In this document: positions 20,405 through 31,300 of the stretch, piece after piece
Layout: every line of letters starts with the position of its first letter
How positions within the stretch are numbered: the stretch's first letter is position 1
Source of the DNA: a bacterium
GTDB taxonomy: Bacteria > SAR324 > NAC60-12
Length of the DNA: 64,000 nucleotides
Assembly (NCBI GenBank): GCA_965205865.1
Contig: CBDBHR010000028.1
Coordinates: 277,600 to 341,599 of the forward strand
Reading direction: 5' to 3'
Made by a program: the position numbers and the translations under genes
The notes under the pieces: generated by a model
What the model was told of the DNA's origin: nothing
The model's input: the letters and a program-made list of their open reading frames with translations, nothing else
The model's database searches: none

Positions 20405-20839
20405 TTACGAAAAATCATTACCGGAGCTTTCATGAAGCGCCAACAGTTTTTCCGGAGAAGGTAACTCCGGTGGTTTTTCAGTCCGTAGACCCCCTTGAAA
20501 AACACCACCCCGGGCAACGAACAAACAACCTGGGGGAGTAAAGATTTTCCCCTCGATCTCTCCTTCAGAAAGCACCGCAATGCGTCCATTTGTGATCAAA
20601 TCACCTTCCACCCGTCCATTGACGATGAGATTTTGCGCTCGCACCGTCCCGAAGACCCGGGCAGAATTGCCAATCGTGATGCTGTCTTTGCTGTCTATCA
20701 CACCCCGGCACGTTCCATCGATACGAATGGATCCCTCACAATCTATTTTGCCTTCGAATTCGACGTCGGGTGCAATATAATTCAAAGGTTCTTTCATGGT
20801 TTTTTTCTCGAAAAATCTTCTATTCTTCTGCATCTTCAC
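20405..20839 (-). CDS. Bactofilin family cytoskeletal protein
   Basis: Repetitive beta-helical DUF583 pattern (EGKIDCEGSIRIDGTCRGVIDSKDSITIGNSARVFGTVRAQNLIVNGRVEGDLITNGRIAVLSEGEIEGKI). A Pro-rich tail is present. Confidence 0.7.
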   Translation of the reverse strand: MKMQKNRRFFEKKTMKEPLNYIAPDVEFEGKIDCEGSIRIDGTCRGVIDSKDSITIGNSARVFGTVRAQNLIVNGRVEGDLITNGRIAVLSEGEIEGKIFTPPGCLFVARGGVFQGGLRTEKPPELPSPEKLLALHESSGNDFS

Positions 20840-20959
20840 ATCTTCTCCCTTTTCGAGTAGAATTTTGATCCTGGAGCAGAGGCGCCCATGTTTTCATCAC
20901 AGGCCAGACATAACTCCTACATTTTATGGAATGAACCGGCAAGACAAAGGAGAAGGGGA

Positions 20960-21487
20960 ATGCAAGAAAAAGTGGAGATCGTTCAAGGCGATATCACCAA
21001 GTTGAATGTGAACGCCATTGTTAATGCCGCGAATAATTCTCTCATCGGAGGGGGTGGAGTCGATGGCGCTATTCATCGGGCTGCCGGACCGGAATTGCTG
21101 AAGGAATGTCGCCAATTGCACGGTTGTCCCACGGGAGAAGCAAAAATAACCAAAGGCTATGATTTGCCGGCTCGCTATGTCATCCACACCGTCGGACCTA
21201 TTTGGCGAGGAGGGATGGAGGGAGAGCCTTGCAAGCTGGCTTCTTGTTACCGCAATTGTTTTGCCCTGGTTCAACCGTACCATATCAAAACAATTGCCTT
21301 CCCTTCAATCAGTACAGGCGTGTATGGCTATCCGGTAGAACAATCATCGTGCCTTGCTCTGAAAGAGACGCAGCAGTTCTTAAAACAGGAATCACCCCTG
21401 CAAAAAGTGATTTTTGTTTGTTTTCTTCAAGATGTCTATGATTCGTACCTCAAAGCGATGAAATTATTCATCCGGGAAGCATCATAA
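20960..21487 (+). CDS. Macro domain protein (O-acetyl-ADP-ribose deacetylase, YmdB-like)
   Basis: VEIVQGDITKLNVNAIVNAANNSLIGGGGVDGAIHRAAGPELL...HTVGPIW are classic macro-domain ADP-ribose-binding motifs. Internal ATG at 20960. Confidence 0.75.
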   Translation: MQEKVEIVQGDITKLNVNAIVNAANNSLIGGGGVDGAIHRAAGPELLKECRQLHGCPTGEAKITKGYDLPARYVIHTVGPIWRGGMEGEPCKLASCYRNCFALVQPYHIKTIAFPSISTGVYGYPVEQSSCLALKETQQFLKQESPLQKVIFVCFLQDVYDSYLKAMKLFIREAS

Positions 21488-21531
21488 ATTCTTTTTCCAA
21501 AGAGGCTTGGCTGGAAAAATCGATGAGATTT

Positions 21532-21996
21532 CTAATTCCACAAAGAATTGGCAGACAGCGCTTCCTCCATTTGCAAGAGCTTCGCTTCGAATTCATCCAG
21601 AACCCCTTCTATTTGTTCAGAATATTTTCGTAAATCCTGCAATTGGTTTAATAGGTTATCAACGGTTGTTTCAGAAGACGCATGTGAAGAATACTTTAAA
21701 GAAACCCGATTGAACAAATTCTCGCATTCCACGGTGATATCCGCGAGTTCATCTTTAATGGCAAGCAGAGAAAAGGTATTCAAATGGAGGTGTTCCGGAA
21801 ACCCCTCAGCAGGCAACGGACCATCTTTTTCAAAAGCATGGAGAGGTTTTTGGTGGTCCTGAAGGTAAGTTGAAATTTGCTTCAAGAGTGATTCAAACTT
21901 TGTGACCAACGCATTGTAAGCATTTTTATATGTTTTGATTTCCTCATAGCGAGAGGAAAAGAGGGTTTTGAACATTTTTTGCAAGGGATTGAACAT
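21532..21996 (-). CDS. Hypothetical coiled-coil protein
   Basis: The ORF-track version (to 22086) overlaps tRNA-Thr, so it is trimmed to the internal Met MFNPLQKMFK. No family recognised. Confidence 0.3.
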   Translation of the reverse strand: MFNPLQKMFKTLFSSRYEEIKTYKNAYNALVTKFESLLKQISTYLQDHQKPLHAFEKDGPLPAEGFPEHLHLNTFSLLAIKDELADITVECENLFNRVSLKYSSHASSETTVDNLLNQLQDLRKYSEQIEGVLDEFEAKLLQMEEALSANSLWN

Positions 21997-22047
21997 AGGC
22001 TCGCGTCTAAAATAAGGTGACGTATCAAAGTAATATTTGAAAGCGAT

Positions 22048-22123
22048 TGGAGCCCACGACGGGACTTGAACCTGCGACCTGCTCATTACGAATGAGCTGC
22101 TCTACCAGCTGAGCTACGTGGGC
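22048..22123 (-). tRNA. tRNA-Thr (anticodon CGT)
   Basis: Reverse complement reads GCCCACG-TA-GCTC-AGCTGGTA-GAGC-A-GCTCA-TTCGTAA-TGAGC-AGGTC-GCAGG-TTCAAGT-CCCGT-CGTGGGC-T-CCA. The acceptor stem is perfect. The anticodon loop TTCGTAA gives CGT. There is one A-C mismatch in the T-stem, and CCA is encoded. Confidence 0.7.
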
Positions 22124-22213
22124 GTCCGCAGAAACTCTACGTGCTTTAAAAAAATTAGTCAATTGACACAATGGCAGAATTGTTGATTCATCCTTAAAGG
22201 AAAAGAAATTCAT

Positions 22214-23089
22214 ATGGCAGTATCTATGACAGGGTTTGGGACAGGCAAAGTGAACCGGGAAAACTGGCAGTGCACGACAGAAATTCGAAGTGTCAACAAT
22301 CGTTTCTTGGATGTCACCATTCGTCTGCCCAATGGGTTTCAACATTTTTCTTCTCCGCTCAAACTACTCATCCAAAATGTATGTCAACGCGGAAAAGTGG
22401 ATTGCAGCGTTACAATATCAGCCGCAGAGCAAGGTAGTGATTCCCTCTACTTGAATGCGGAACTCGCTGATAATTACGGAACCCTTTTGGAGGAATTCCG
22501 CGCCTTGACCCAGTTACCAGTCTCAGTCAGCTTGTCGGATCTTCTCAAGGTCCAAGACTTGATCCAATGTCTGCAACCGGACCCGGAATCTGATTTTTTT
22601 TCAGCACTGATCCATCAGTCGCTGGAAATTGCCCTGGCCCAATTGAAAAACATGCGGGTCAAAGAGGGCCTTGCGTTGTTGACGGATATTCAGAAACGAT
22701 TGTCGACAAGCACGTCGCTATTGAATGAAGTGGACGCCATTGCGCAAGAATTGCCTTCCCAGCATTACCTGCGATTGTGCGAAAAATTGGCCTCCTTGGA
22801 TGGTCATTTGGAAATAAATGAAGATCGAGTCCATCAAGAAATCGCCCTTTTTGTCGAACGTGGAGACATAACTGAAGAAATTATCCGACTTCGTACCCAT
22901 CTGGAGCATATGGAAAGTGTGCTTCTGGAAGAAGAGGTGGGTCGACGAGCCGATTTTTTGCTACAGGAATGCAATCGAGAAATCAATACGATTGCCTCAA
23001 AAAGCAACAATGCTCCCATCAGTCAGCTGGTTGTCGAGATCAAAGGACAATTTGAAAAAATACGCGAACAAGTTCAGAATATTGAGTGA
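22214..23089 (+). CDS. YicC family stress-induced protein
   Basis: N-terminal MxxSMTGFG...RSVNNRFLD (YicC_N) and C-terminal DUF1732 region (...DITEEIIRLRTHLEHM...RRADFLLQECNREINTIASKSN). Confidence 0.8.
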   Translation: MAVSMTGFGTGKVNRENWQCTTEIRSVNNRFLDVTIRLPNGFQHFSSPLKLLIQNVCQRGKVDCSVTISAAEQGSDSLYLNAELADNYGTLLEEFRALTQLPVSVSLSDLLKVQDLIQCLQPDPESDFFSALIHQSLEIALAQLKNMRVKEGLALLTDIQKRLSTSTSLLNEVDAIAQELPSQHYLRLCEKLASLDGHLEINEDRVHQEIALFVERGDITEEIIRLRTHLEHMESVLLEEEVGRRADFLLQECNREINTIASKSNNAPISQLVVEIKGQFEKIREQVQNIE

Positions 23090-23136
23090 TCTTCCTCGGG
23101 CGGTCCCGTATTGTCGTCGTATCATTAGGAAAGACC

Positions 23137-23694
23137 ATGAAAATCACACTGGCAGGAGTTCCGGGATCCGGGAAATCCACTCTTCGACGTCAACTAGCCA
23201 AACGCTTTGATCTCACCATCAAAGGGACTGGTGATTTCATGAGAAGCATTGCACTCGAATATGGATATGACGACATTACAAAATTTTTAGTGGAGTATGT
23301 CTCCCGGCATCCGGAAATGGATCATGAAATCGATGAAGCGCAAAGACGATTTGGCGCAGAGCATCAGAACTTCGTTTTAGATGCTCATTTGGGATTTTTA
23401 TTTGTCCCGGATTCTATAAAAATTTTTCTGAAATGCGATCCACAAATCGCTGCCCAACGTATTTTAAGAGCCAAACGAAAAACAGAAGCTGCTCGAGATA
23501 CGCAGTCGGTCAGGAATGCCAATCAGCAACGAATGCAAACGATGAAAACCAATTTCAAGAAACTGTATGGCGTGGAAATCCATCATCAGGCCAATTTTGA
23601 TTTTGTTCTCGATACCACCAGACTGAGCCCTGCAGAGGTGATGAAACAAGTTGTAGATTATATCGAATCTCGCATGGAGATTCCCGAACGGTAG
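23137..23694 (+). CDS. Cytidylate-kinase-like P-loop NMP kinase family protein
   Basis: P-loop GVPGSGKST at the N-terminus. Length is about 185 aa. Internal ATG at 23137. Confidence 0.5.
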   Translation: MKITLAGVPGSGKSTLRRQLAKRFDLTIKGTGDFMRSIALEYGYDDITKFLVEYVSRHPEMDHEIDEAQRRFGAEHQNFVLDAHLGFLFVPDSIKIFLKCDPQIAAQRILRAKRKTEAARDTQSVRNANQQRMQTMKTNFKKLYGVEIHHQANFDFVLDTTRLSPAEVMKQVVDYIESRMEIPER

Positions 23695-24054
23695 CCATGC
23701 TTGCGCTCCTGCTTCCCACTTTGATAAATCGCGCATTTCAACGACATGAATTTAATGCGAGCTTGCGATCACAAAACCCTTCCTGAAAGGCGCCAGGGGC
23801 GAGTCTTAATGAGTGTTCGAGTAAATAAATTCATATTCCGGGACTTGACTTTGGACTCACGTCTGCATTAATTCGTTCCTACATTTTATGTGGCAACGCG
23901 AAAATGGACGTTTTGCGTCCTTTGTGACCGTAAAGCAGACATAGCCGGAAGTTCTCGATTCGTAAGCCCATTTTAGCAAATTTTTGTTTTGATCTCGAAC
24001 CGACGTTTAATTAACTTGTATTTTAAAACACAAATGGTAGCATTTCACTCCAGT

Positions 24055-24132
24055 CGGGGTATAGCGCAGCCTGGCTAGCGCACCTGCTTTGGGAGCAGGG
24101 GGTCGCAGGTTCGAGTCCTGCTACCCCGACCA
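24055..24132 (+). tRNA. tRNA-Pro (anticodon TGG)
   Basis: CGGGGTA-TA-GCGC-AGCCTGGCTA-GCGC-A-CCTGC-TTTGGGA-GCAGG-GGGTC-GCAGG-TTCGAGT-CCTGC-TACCCCG-A-CCA. All stems are perfect. The anticodon loop TTTGGGA gives TGG. Confidence 0.8.
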
Positions 24133-24453
24133 ATAAAATCAATGTCTTTGCCCGATCGGGTAAAATTTCCAAGAGCCTTTAGTGTCAGTTGAGCAAGCGA
24201 TTGACTTCAATGCCAATCACCTAAGAAAGCGATACCTGACCTGATTTCATCGCCAATACAGATGCCTCGACAGGTGAATAGTGAACATAATTGACAACTT
24301 CACTATTGCCTAGGTGAGCTCCTGCCTCATTTTATGCTAAGAAAAATGCGTGCTTAAATCGAAGAAATCTCTAAAGAAACCTGAATAGTCACGTTTCAGG
24401 ACAACATGTTGACTGGTTTGCCAGGGACTGCGATACCGAATTGCCGCCCGCTG

Positions 24454-25707
24454 TCAGTTGATATAATATCGCAGGATTTTTTCACTTTCCTCCCGTTTGA
24501 CCATCAAGGCAATCTCCCGTTCCGATTGCAATTTTTGCAGAAGCCCCATGGCTTTGGTCACATTGTCAATCATCGTTTCATTGATGGAGAGAATTATATC
24601 ATTCTTCTTCAGCCCCAAGACTTCGTACATGCTGCCTTTTTTAATGAATTTGAATTGAAAGAATGTTTGTTGATCGATGGTGACGGGCACCACTCGGGCA
24701 TCCTGCAGGATTTTAGCAAAATCAGACAGTTGCTCATCCACCCATTCGCGTTGCAAATGAAATGTTTCCTGATCTGCAGATATGGGAGCGCCACTGATTT
24801 GGTTCGACTCGGCAAGAATCACTACTTTTTTGACATCAGATTCCGGCTTCGATTTGGGTTTGGGTTTCAGTTGGGGTTTGGGTTTCGTTTTTAACGGGCT
24901 CGCTCGAGATTCCGTTTTTGCCTGTAACACGGGTTCCGGGATTTGTTTTTTCTCTTCCGCGCGCGTCAACTCAGTAGTCGTGGCTCCCGGCTCCTCCATT
25001 ATCAACCATTCTTCCATACCGTCTTTGAGAAGGGCTACTTTTCGGTTCATCACTTTTATAAGCTTTAAACTATCTGGGGGACAGTCCCGATTCTTTTTCA
25101 AATCCATCAGTGAAAAACAATCACCTGTTGCCAATATCTTTTCATTTTTTTCATTTTTTTTAGCAATGAAGGAATAGGATGATTGCGGATATTTGGCAAC
25201 TATAGTCCCTCGTAACTCGAGGTCCAGTTGGTTAATTGAACCTTCTGAGATTGGTTCAGGAAAAGGCGCTGGCATGGGAGGTGGGGCCTTCACTATCTCC
25301 TGGGGGGGTGTTTTCTCTTCCTCTTTCTCTTTTGCAGCAATCTTTTCCACCTGGATCACTTTTGCTGATTGAGATTCGCCTTCCCGGATCACTCGCTCTT
25401 CCGGAGGCGGCAAAGGACGGGTTTCAGCGGGTAATTCCCTACGCTTAGCATCAAAAACATTCTGTTCGAGCACCAAAACAAATGCCTCTTTTTCGATTTC
25501 CGGATCCTCGGGGAGTGGTAACTTGGGCAGTACGACAGGTCTCCGTGATTGCGCAGGGTGATTAAGAATCTCCCTGCGAATCAATTGCCCTGCCAGCATA
25601 CCCAAAGCAAACATGGCTCCCAATGCGAGTAGCCAAGTTAAGCATAGGACAAGCAAGGATCCCGAAAATAGACGTTTGGAAATGATGCCGGGGATTGAAT
25701 GTTTCAT
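24454..25707 (-). CDS. PDZ domain-containing membrane protein (possibly T2SS GspC-like)
   Basis: N-terminal TM helix (LLVLCLTWLLALGAMFALGML) followed by a Pro/Lys/Glu-rich low-complexity linker. C-terminal PDZ-like region (...FKFIKKGSMYEVLGLKKNDIILSINETMIDNVTKAMGLLQKL...). Confidence 0.45.
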   Translation of the reverse strand: MKHSIPGIISKRLFSGSLLVLCLTWLLALGAMFALGMLAGQLIRREILNHPAQSRRPVVLPKLPLPEDPEIEKEAFVLVLEQNVFDAKRRELPAETRPLPPPEERVIREGESQSAKVIQVEKIAAKEKEEEKTPPQEIVKAPPPMPAPFPEPISEGSINQLDLELRGTIVAKYPQSSYSFIAKKNEKNEKILATGDCFSLMDLKKNRDCPPDSLKLIKVMNRKVALLKDGMEEWLIMEEPGATTTELTRAEEKKQIPEPVLQAKTESRASPLKTKPKPQLKPKPKSKPESDVKKVVILAESNQISGAPISADQETFHLQREWVDEQLSDFAKILQDARVVPVTIDQQTFFQFKFIKKGSMYEVLGLKKNDIILSINETMIDNVTKAMGLLQKLQSEREIALMVKREESEKILRYYIN

Positions 25708-26447
25708 TAAGGAACAAACCTTAAATAACCTGTAATTATTCCAATGGTGTGAGCAAAATTGGGGGACATGTACACCGCTGCGCATCCCAACTCTACTGTT
25801 TTATGCCTGCTGTTACGTGTCCCCTAATTTTGCGTATCCATACTTCTAACTTATTTAAATTTCATTCCTAAAGGACTGGTTTTCCAATGGGGAGTGACCC
25901 GTTGGCAATCAAGGGACGGATTCCGTTTTACAGGATACGTTCATAGGATTTTTTGGCGGAATCCGGACTTCTCTCGAATTCGTCAGCCGGGTTTTGTTCC
26001 GGACTAAAGTTCCGTTCCCAGGGCAATTCATGGGTGTAAAGATAAACTATGGCTAATAGCAAAAGAGCAAAAAAGATGAGAATCGCCTTTTTTTCCTTAG
26101 GATCAAAATTATCCAGCATAAACTCCCTATATTTTCCTGCACCTTCAAAATCTAATGAATAATGCGTCTCTGAAAGACGATCTTCAGTTTAGCAGAGGAC
26201 TTACCACATGTCAGTATTTAACCTCCCGCAATCGCATACTCCGCAGTCTTGCCGCTTGTTTTCGGACAGATGTGGATTGGGCTGCCGTTCAATCTCACTT
26301 GTCCGGGGTAATGTAAACTTCGTATTTCTCTGATATACTGTGAAAAACCGGAACTTGGAAACCCGGGCCAAGTATCAAACTTGCGACGCCATGTCAATGT
26401 CGGCAGTTTGAATGCATCCTTCAATCGGATTGATAAGGAGATCTTAT

Positions 26448-27773
26448 ATGGAGCCGATTTTTGTTGTAGATAACGAACCAGCCATTTGCGAAACCGTGAA
26501 AGGGGTTTTGCAGGACGAGGGCTATTCGGCGATTTCTTGCCCGGACGCTGATACTTTGTTCAAAAAAATAGATTCCCAACACCCTTCCCTGGTCTTGCTC
26601 GATATTTGGTTGCCTGGCACGGACGGGATGGAAATTCTACGCCAATTCAAAACCACTTTTCCTCACATTCCCGTGATCATGATGAGTGGGCATGCCGGGA
26701 TTGACGCAGCAGTCAATGCCATCAAGAGAGGGGCTTTTGATTTCCTGGAAAAACCACTCACCCTGGAAGTGTTGTTGGAGAAAGTCGCAGCGGCACTCAC
26801 TATCCAACCTCAGAAAGAAACCGGCAAACTACCATCCGAGTCACAAACTGCAAGGATGACCGGCCAAGCAATCTATGCAGACGCACTTTCCCTTGTAGAA
26901 TCCAAGCAACCACAGCGTACTTTGAAAAAAAACGTAGTGCTCAATGGTCATGGATTGTTGACTGGTCGCAATACAGGTATCATTGTCAGTCCGCTTGGCG
27001 TCAATGAGGGGATCGTTTTCCAAACCTTGGATGGCTACGCAATCCCGGCCCACATCACGTCCCTGGAAAATTTCTCCCAGATTGATACAACCTCCCGGAC
27101 CTTTACCGTTAATTCCACGGTCTTGGCTCGTAACGGACATCGAGTACGAACGGTAGAACATTTGATGGGCGCCTTGTCAATGTTTGGTCTGACTAATGTT
27201 CAAATTAAGACAGATGAGGAAATTCCCAATATAGATAGTTCTGCAGAAGGATTTTGCCAGTTGATCCAAGAAGCTGGAGTTGTTGATCAATCGGCCCATG
27301 CAAAATGCATTGTAGTGCATGAAAAATTGGGGGTCGGCATTGAAAACCTAAAAGAAAAGCACTTGTTTGTGGAACCCTTTGATGGCTTTGAAATCCAAAT
27401 GCGCGTCAACTACCCTCCTCCCATTCGTGTGCAATCCTTTACTTTCAATGGCAAGCAGCATTCTTTTGAGGAGGAAATCGCACCCGCCCGCACATTCAAC
27501 ACCTTTGAAAACATTGACATGGCTCAAAAAATAGGAAAGATCGGAAGCGGATATTTGAATTCCCACATCATTATGCATGATGGCAAAGTGATCAACACGA
27601 AACTGCGATATCCCGATGAGTTTGTGCGGCATAAAATTTTGGATTTGATTGGAGACCTCTACCTCATCGGCTTTCCTATCCAAGGTCGTTTTATTGCCAA
27701 CATGACCTCCCACAGTTACAACCATTCATTGATAAAAAAAATACACGTGGCTCTTATGGGTAACTCTTCATGA
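26448..27773 (+). CDS. lpxC: Response-regulator receiver domain fused to UDP-3-O-acyl-N-acetylglucosamine deacetylase (REC-LpxC)
   Basis: AAGGAG RBS lies 8 nt upstream of the ATG at 26448. REC domain aa 1-120 has phosphoacceptor Asp in LVLLDIWLPGTDG, Ser in MMSGHAG and Lys in LEKPL; the acidic pair is D-N-E. A 50-aa linker follows. The C-terminal 280 aa are full-length LpxC (PQRTLKK..., TVEHLMGAL, ARTFNTFENI, FVRHKILDLIGDLYLIG, TSHSYNHSL) with all Zn ligands and catalytic residues present. Confidence 0.8.
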   Translation: MEPIFVVDNEPAICETVKGVLQDEGYSAISCPDADTLFKKIDSQHPSLVLLDIWLPGTDGMEILRQFKTTFPHIPVIMMSGHAGIDAAVNAIKRGAFDFLEKPLTLEVLLEKVAAALTIQPQKETGKLPSESQTARMTGQAIYADALSLVESKQPQRTLKKNVVLNGHGLLTGRNTGIIVSPLGVNEGIVFQTLDGYAIPAHITSLENFSQIDTTSRTFTVNSTVLARNGHRVRTVEHLMGALSMFGLTNVQIKTDEEIPNIDSSAEGFCQLIQEAGVVDQSAHAKCIVVHEKLGVGIENLKEKHLFVEPFDGFEIQMRVNYPPPIRVQSFTFNGKQHSFEEEIAPARTFNTFENIDMAQKIGKIGSGYLNSHIIMHDGKVINTKLRYPDEFVRHKILDLIGDLYLIGFPIQGRFIANMTSHSYNHSLIKKIHVALMGNSS

Positions 27774-28219
27774 ACTATTCTCGTCATAAATGCCGTGAAC
27801 ACGCCTTGCAGTGCCTTTATCAGATTGAAATCCTCGAATCGGCTTCCCCCAAGGGAATTGATTATTTTCTGGAACAGCTCAACGTCATGGAAGAAGCCAG
27901 GCAATTCACGCGCAGCTTGATTGCGGGAACCCTGGAGCATGCGCCACAAATTGATGCGCTCTTAATTGCGATCATGGAAGAATGGCGCCTGGAACGGCTC
28001 TCTATCGTGGTGCGCAATTTATTGCGTCTTTCTGTTTATGAAATGAAATTCTCCCAAGAGACCCCTTATGAAGTTATTATCGACGAAGCAGTAATCATGG
28101 CAAAGGAATTTGTTGATGACGTGGCCCGTAGTTTTGTCAATAAAGTCTTACAAAATATTCACGATGCTTCCTCCTCGTCCCCGGACCTCTTCCCTTTCCC
28201 TGCAATTCCTGAAAGCTAA
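27770..28219 (+). CDS. nusB: Transcription antitermination factor NusB
   Basis: ...REHALQCLYQIEI...; length and helical pattern fit NusB. Its ATG overlaps the lpxC stop codon (ATGA). Confidence 0.7.
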   Translation: MNYSRHKCREHALQCLYQIEILESASPKGIDYFLEQLNVMEEARQFTRSLIAGTLEHAPQIDALLIAIMEEWRLERLSIVVRNLLRLSVYEMKFSQETPYEVIIDEAVIMAKEFVDDVARSFVNKVLQNIHDASSSSPDLFPFPAIPES

Positions 28220-28385
28220 CCCCATGCAGGCTCTCCCAACCATTATCGAGGGCCAATTTGCCGCTCTTGACGCAACTCACATTTATCCTGCAAAGTGGTG
28301 TCATTAAATTATGATTGATATTGAACTTTATTTGCCTGGAATGGTATATTCATAAGACTTTCAATCATCTTCGAGGTGGTGTTCC

Positions 28386-31300
28386 ATGGAAAATCGGTCT
28401 TTGTTTTTACAAGCAGAAGCCATGTCTAAAGACCTCTCTTTGCTTCCTGAAGAGAGGCTCCCTTTTTTTGATGAGTCCTCGCTACTTGGACTTGTTTCCC
28501 AAGAAGACATTAAAAAAAACATTGACCGCTTGCGGCGACTGGACGTCGACGAATACATTCGGCAGACGGTTCTTCCTACGGAGAATCCTAAACGCCGTAG
28601 TGCGCCGGAAGTGATTAAAAATCTGCGCGGCAAGTTGATCAAAGAGGAATTAGATGGCCCACTTTACGTGGCGGAGATTGAATTTTTTACTAACAATCGA
28701 CTGCGACGTTTTGGCGTAATTGCGCAAAATCGCAAAAATCAGGCAGGTGTTTGGTACCCCCAGCATCATCTGAAAGCAGCAGAGTACGCTCGATTTTTTG
28801 CATCTCACGGCATGCCGCTCATTACATTCATGGACACCCCCGGTGCAGCAGCGGATACGGAAGCCAACCTGCGCAATCAGTCCCATAGCATCTCCTTTTT
28901 CATTGCCGAAATGGCCAACCTCGAAATTCCGACACTGGGGATCGTATATGGACAAGGCTATAGCGGTGGCGCCATTCCTCTGGCCACTACCAATATCCTC
29001 TTGTCAGTGAGAGATGGGGTCTTCAACACCATTTATCCGAAAGGATTGAGCAACATTGCCCGCAAGTACAACTTATCCTGGGAGGAATGTGCCAAGTATA
29101 TTGGGGTTTCCGCCTTTGAATTGAATGCGGCAGGTTATTTTGACGGGATCATCGATTACACTCCGGAAGAGCCTCATCTGCTCGATAATTTGCAAAATGC
29201 GATTTTGAGTGCCGTTGAGTGTATTGAAGACAACTCTAAAAAGCTCTTGAAAAGTCACAACCTGTTTTTTTGGGAACATTACCAGGAAAGTTTGAATCAT
29301 TACCTGAATCCTTCAGAGATGTTGATTGAGGATAATATTCTGACGGACAAGACCCCCACTGGGATTCTCAACATATTTGGCGATGTCAATCGTTTTTTGC
29401 GTTACTTGAAGCTCCGCCAAAAAATCACAAGTCAATCCGTACTTCATTATGCCAGGCTCAGTACGATGCCGCAAGGCCAACTCCAGGAACGATTAGCAAG
29501 AGAACAGCGCGAAAAATTTCAAAACTGGCTCAAATCCCCTGTGGAACTGCGTTACCATGACAATTTGTTCAGGAAATATAAACGTTTCAGAGAAGCCTGT
29601 CAAAATCGGGAAAATCAACGGAGGAGGTTGGTGACTTTTTTCATTGGGGATCCTAAAGAAAGGTTTGAAACAGCAACTAAAGAATTGACCTCCGAGGTGC
29701 TTTTGTTCCTTTATAATTACTGGAAGGAAAACGCCATTGAGAATCTCACCCAGTTGTATGAATACCTCAAGTATTTCAAATCGACCGTTACCTTGCCAGA
29801 TCAGAATGTGACGTTGTTGGAAGCATTGCAAAATGAGCATCTTTGCCACAGTTTTCAAAGAAATTTTCAAAACATCATTTTGTTTGATCATTTATATGAT
29901 GGCGTGATGAATAACCTGACGATGATTGCAGGAGAATTGAATGGCACCAACCAGATTTCCCGGAAATCAGTGGAAAAATTATTTGAAAGTTCCTTCGATT
30001 CAGCTATTCAGGAATTTGAAAACCACTCTCCGGATCTTCAAACAACCGATGCCAAAGAACGTTTTTTCAAATGGCTGCAGCTTTTCATCACTCAAAAAAA
30101 CTGCGACGAAATCATGCATAATATCAGTGATTGGAAACAGCGTGCTTTTCCCCGTCTCAGTCAGCCCTTGTTCGGTTTGGTCCGCTATTATTTTGCTACC
30201 TTACTTCCGGCCTTGAATACCGCGGAGTCGGATAGCGATTCACGGAAGCAAAAAAAATTCAGCGGCAAGATCACTCCCCGCAATATCGGCATCAAGGACT
30301 TTTGGAACCGCCTGGACCGAGCATACAAAGATCTCCTCATTCAAGACCTGCTCCGGGAGTACAAAAAAAAGCCAATTACCCCAAAGCGCATCATTGATTA
30401 TTTTTTTGAAGACTTCGAAGAATTGTACCACGACCGCATTACCGTCGATCCGGTAAAATTTCCCGGGTTTCGCCAGTCGGTAGAGCAAGCTTTGCAGAAA
30501 GGAGTGACCCCATGTGGTATCATCACCGGTTTGGCAACGTTCGCGGATGAAAATCAGCGCAACCGGGTCGGGCTGGCCATAAGCAATACCAAATTTCAAG
30601 CAGGAGCCTTCGACATGGCAAGCAGTGAGAAAATTTGTCAACTGCTGGCCGAATGCACAAAGCATAAACTGCCACTCATTATGTTTATCTCCGCAGGAGG
30701 GATGCAAACTAAAGAAGGGGCGGGGGCGCTTTTTTCCATGCCGGTGTTGAATGACCGCATGACTCGCTTCATCAAAGACAATGAATTGCCTGTGATTTGT
30801 TTCGGATTCCGGGATTGTATGGGAGGCGCCCAAGCCAGCTTCGTCACCCATCGCCTGGTCAAAACCTATTACTTTTCAGGGACCATCATGTCATTTGCCG
30901 GGCAATTGGTCGTGGAGAGTCACTTGCCCATGAATGCGATTTTGTCCAACTACCTTTCCAACACGCCGGGAAGTATGGAAGGTCTCGTTCACAATCCTTT
31001 TGATGAAGCCATCGATGCTAAACTGAAAGAAGCGGATCCTCAAATCCCTCTGGCCCAATTGACGGTGAGGGATGTGATTTCCAAAATTATGGCCGGCGAG
31101 TATCGTCCGTATTTCAAACCCGAAGAAAACGCCATTGCTCAAATTTTCGAAGAAAAACTTCACTTGGGCCCCATTCAACGAATATTGATTCATGCGCGTG
31201 GCTGCACTGCAACACGCTTGATTTATGCAGCTCATGAGGCGGGTCTGGAAGTGGTACTTGTACAATCCGACCCGGATATGGATAGCTATCCGGCCAATTT

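Noticed and set aside
21997-22086. N-terminal 30 aa of ORF 21532-22086
   Set aside because: It overlaps the tRNA-Thr gene (22048-22123) on the same strand, so the CDS was trimmed to the internal Met.
23700-24054. Possible integrated element next to tRNA-Pro
   Set aside because: No integrase, direct repeat of the tRNA 3' end, or compositional shift adjacent to the tRNA. The mobile-rich region begins 20 kb away and is not tRNA-anchored within this window.
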